The position numbers were made by a program, and so were the translations under genes. DNA of 64,000 bases from Catajapyx aquilonaris (taxonomy: Eukaryota): assembly GCA_000934665.2 (NCBI GenBank), contig KZ538297.1:1-64000 (forward strand). The letters are read 5' to 3'. The notes under the pieces are model-generated. The model worked only from the letters and a program-made list of their open reading frames with translations. It was not told the origin of the DNA and did no database searches. Numbering within the stretch: the first letter of the stretch is position 1; each line of letters begins with the position of its first letter. Shown here piece by piece: positions 62,041-64,000 of this stretch.

Positions 62041-63139
62041 CCTAACGCCGCTCTCCTCTGCTCATGGAGAGAACCAGCTTCTCTCAGCCAGCCGCAGACT
62101 CTCTCGCTTCAACACTGCGCTACCCTGCAATAAAAAGACGGCACACAATAAAAAGCCAGATCCCCCGCCAACAATAGGGCAGGAAACATGCGCCAGTCAT
62201 CACATGCACATTGCGAAACAGGGGATGGCATTTACATCCTGTACCGTGATCATTGACTGAAAATATGCGAACGAGTTGCGAATTTTGTGCAGCTCACGAC
62301 AATTTTTTTTCCAACGAAAAACAAATTGGACCGATCCATACATGTTGCAGATCCAGCCACTTTAATGCGACCGCAATGTGACGTCACCCAAGTTTTTTGA
62401 GGTTAGTGAAAGTAAAAACCTCAATTGCTTGGTCCACTGAATAACACACATGCTATTCTTGTAAATACACCATATGTTCCCCCGACGTCCGCCTGTCCTT
62501 TTTTTTCCGTGTTTACGTTTGCCAGGTACCATTTTTTTGAACCGACTGACCGACTTTCAGTGACTCAGTTCATCGGCTAACTTGGCCCCCCTGTTTACCT
62601 TCAGGCTCATGGCAATTGGAGCCTAACAGTTGTAATTGCAACTCAACGGTCGTGTTGATTTGCCGACCATTTGGAATCAAGTTGGGGGGGGGAAACAAAA
62701 GGGGACCTCGCACCCTGTTTGTTCAAGCCCCGATTCCAATTAAGCCGTGCACTGGCCATACACAGCCAATCAATAAACATGTGAGGTAGAAACAGATTAA
62801 AAAGCTCCATATCCGTCAGGCATAATTTTAATATCGCCATCTCACCACCTGAACAGTCATGAAACTATTTGCAGGCATGAGTTACTGTAATTAACACACC
62901 TTGAAATACAGTCACCCAAGGTCGCACATCTCACGGAACAATTATTGCGACTTATTCATCGCCACATAATCGCCGAAATATTTCGCACTCATAAATTTAC
63001 ATGTGGCGTACATTTTGTACGGAAATATTCAAGTGCAAACACTTCAATTGTTGTCGACTAATCTTCGCTTCAGACTCTTAAATTTTACATATAAAGATAT
63101 TGTGCTTTGTGGAGTACAGGCAATGTATCACTCTGTACT

Positions 63140-63720
63140 TTCGCAACGGGTAAAAATTCAGCGCCAAGTACCGCACTCATTCTGCGTAACTCGCTGCAAT
63201 ATTTGGCAGTATAAATGTACATTTTTGGCGTACATACAATCATTATGTACATTTTGCAACTGGAAAAATTAAGCACAAGTACCGCAATTATTCTGATCAG
63301 CACACACCATATCTTCGCTGCGATATTTGGCAGCATTTTACATGCATCATTCCGTACTTTTGCATCGGAAAAAAAATTCAGCGCAAGTACCGCAATTACT
63401 CTGACAAATTCACACCGTTATCATTGCTGCAATATTTGACAGCATTTTACATTTGTGGGGTACATGCAATGTACGTTCGCATCTGAAAAAATTCCGCGCA
63501 AGTACCGCAATTGTTTTGAACTCACAAGTTGTACTACAAGCCTCATTACCAACCGATAATACATGTCGACTGCAAAACTACGTGCACTCCACTATTATCC
63601 GACTGCCATCAGCAATTATTGTGCCGTTATCATCGCTGCAATATTTGACAGCATAAATTCGCATACATTCTTCCAACTTGCGGCGTACATGCATTGTATT
63701 AATCCGTACTTTTGCGACTG
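63140..63720. repeat. degenerate ~110-120 bp tandem repeat
   Basis: AAAAATTCAGCGCAAGTACCGCAATT...GCTGCAATATTTGGCAGCATTTTACAT recurs at ~63152, 63263, 63372, 63487. Confidence 0.75.
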
Positions 63721-64000
63721 ATCTGTGCCGGTTGCAATTACAAGCCTCGTTACCAACCTATTAATTAATACATGTCGGCTTGTGCGCTCAACTTGGGGTT
63801 CACACCACAAAAAATTATCTGCGGGTAATTCCAGATTGCGCTAAGCCATTACTTGGTACTGGAATGTTCAGCGGAACATGTCCCTCATGCGACAATGTCA
63901 GATAAAAAAAGGTTGGCGCATTAAAATTCCATAACACTTTCCCCCCCTATTAATGAATGGAATGACATTTTTTTTTTTAAAGAATATTGTTCTAGATATT

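Overview
Intron-rich invertebrate genomic DNA, probably arthropod, with many 50-100 nt introns and one assembly gap (34726-34869). I could reconstruct these genes by hand: ubiquilin (-); two tandem Trunk/PTTH-family cystine-knot ligand genes (+); a neurotrophin/Spaetzle-type cystine-knot gene (-); a convergent pair of unrecognised Cys/Pro/Tyr-rich genes; NDUFA13 (-), divergent from a Myb/SANT-like coiled-coil gene (+); CCT3 (-), divergent from a 73-aa unrecognised gene (+); and a furin-1-like convertase (-) with two alternative exons at the end of the P domain. Intergenic and intronic DNA holds many MITEs, SINEs, a non-autonomous Helitron, foldback elements and satellites. Main observations: (1) the Trunk-like duplicates have almost identical pro-domains and introns but strongly diverged mature domains; (2) three furin-site-bearing cystine-knot precursors lie near a furin gene; (3) a tandem array of CCAAT pairs and NRF1-type palindromes fills the CCT3 upstream region. 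All calls come from reading the sequence and recalled family motifs; no database searches were run.
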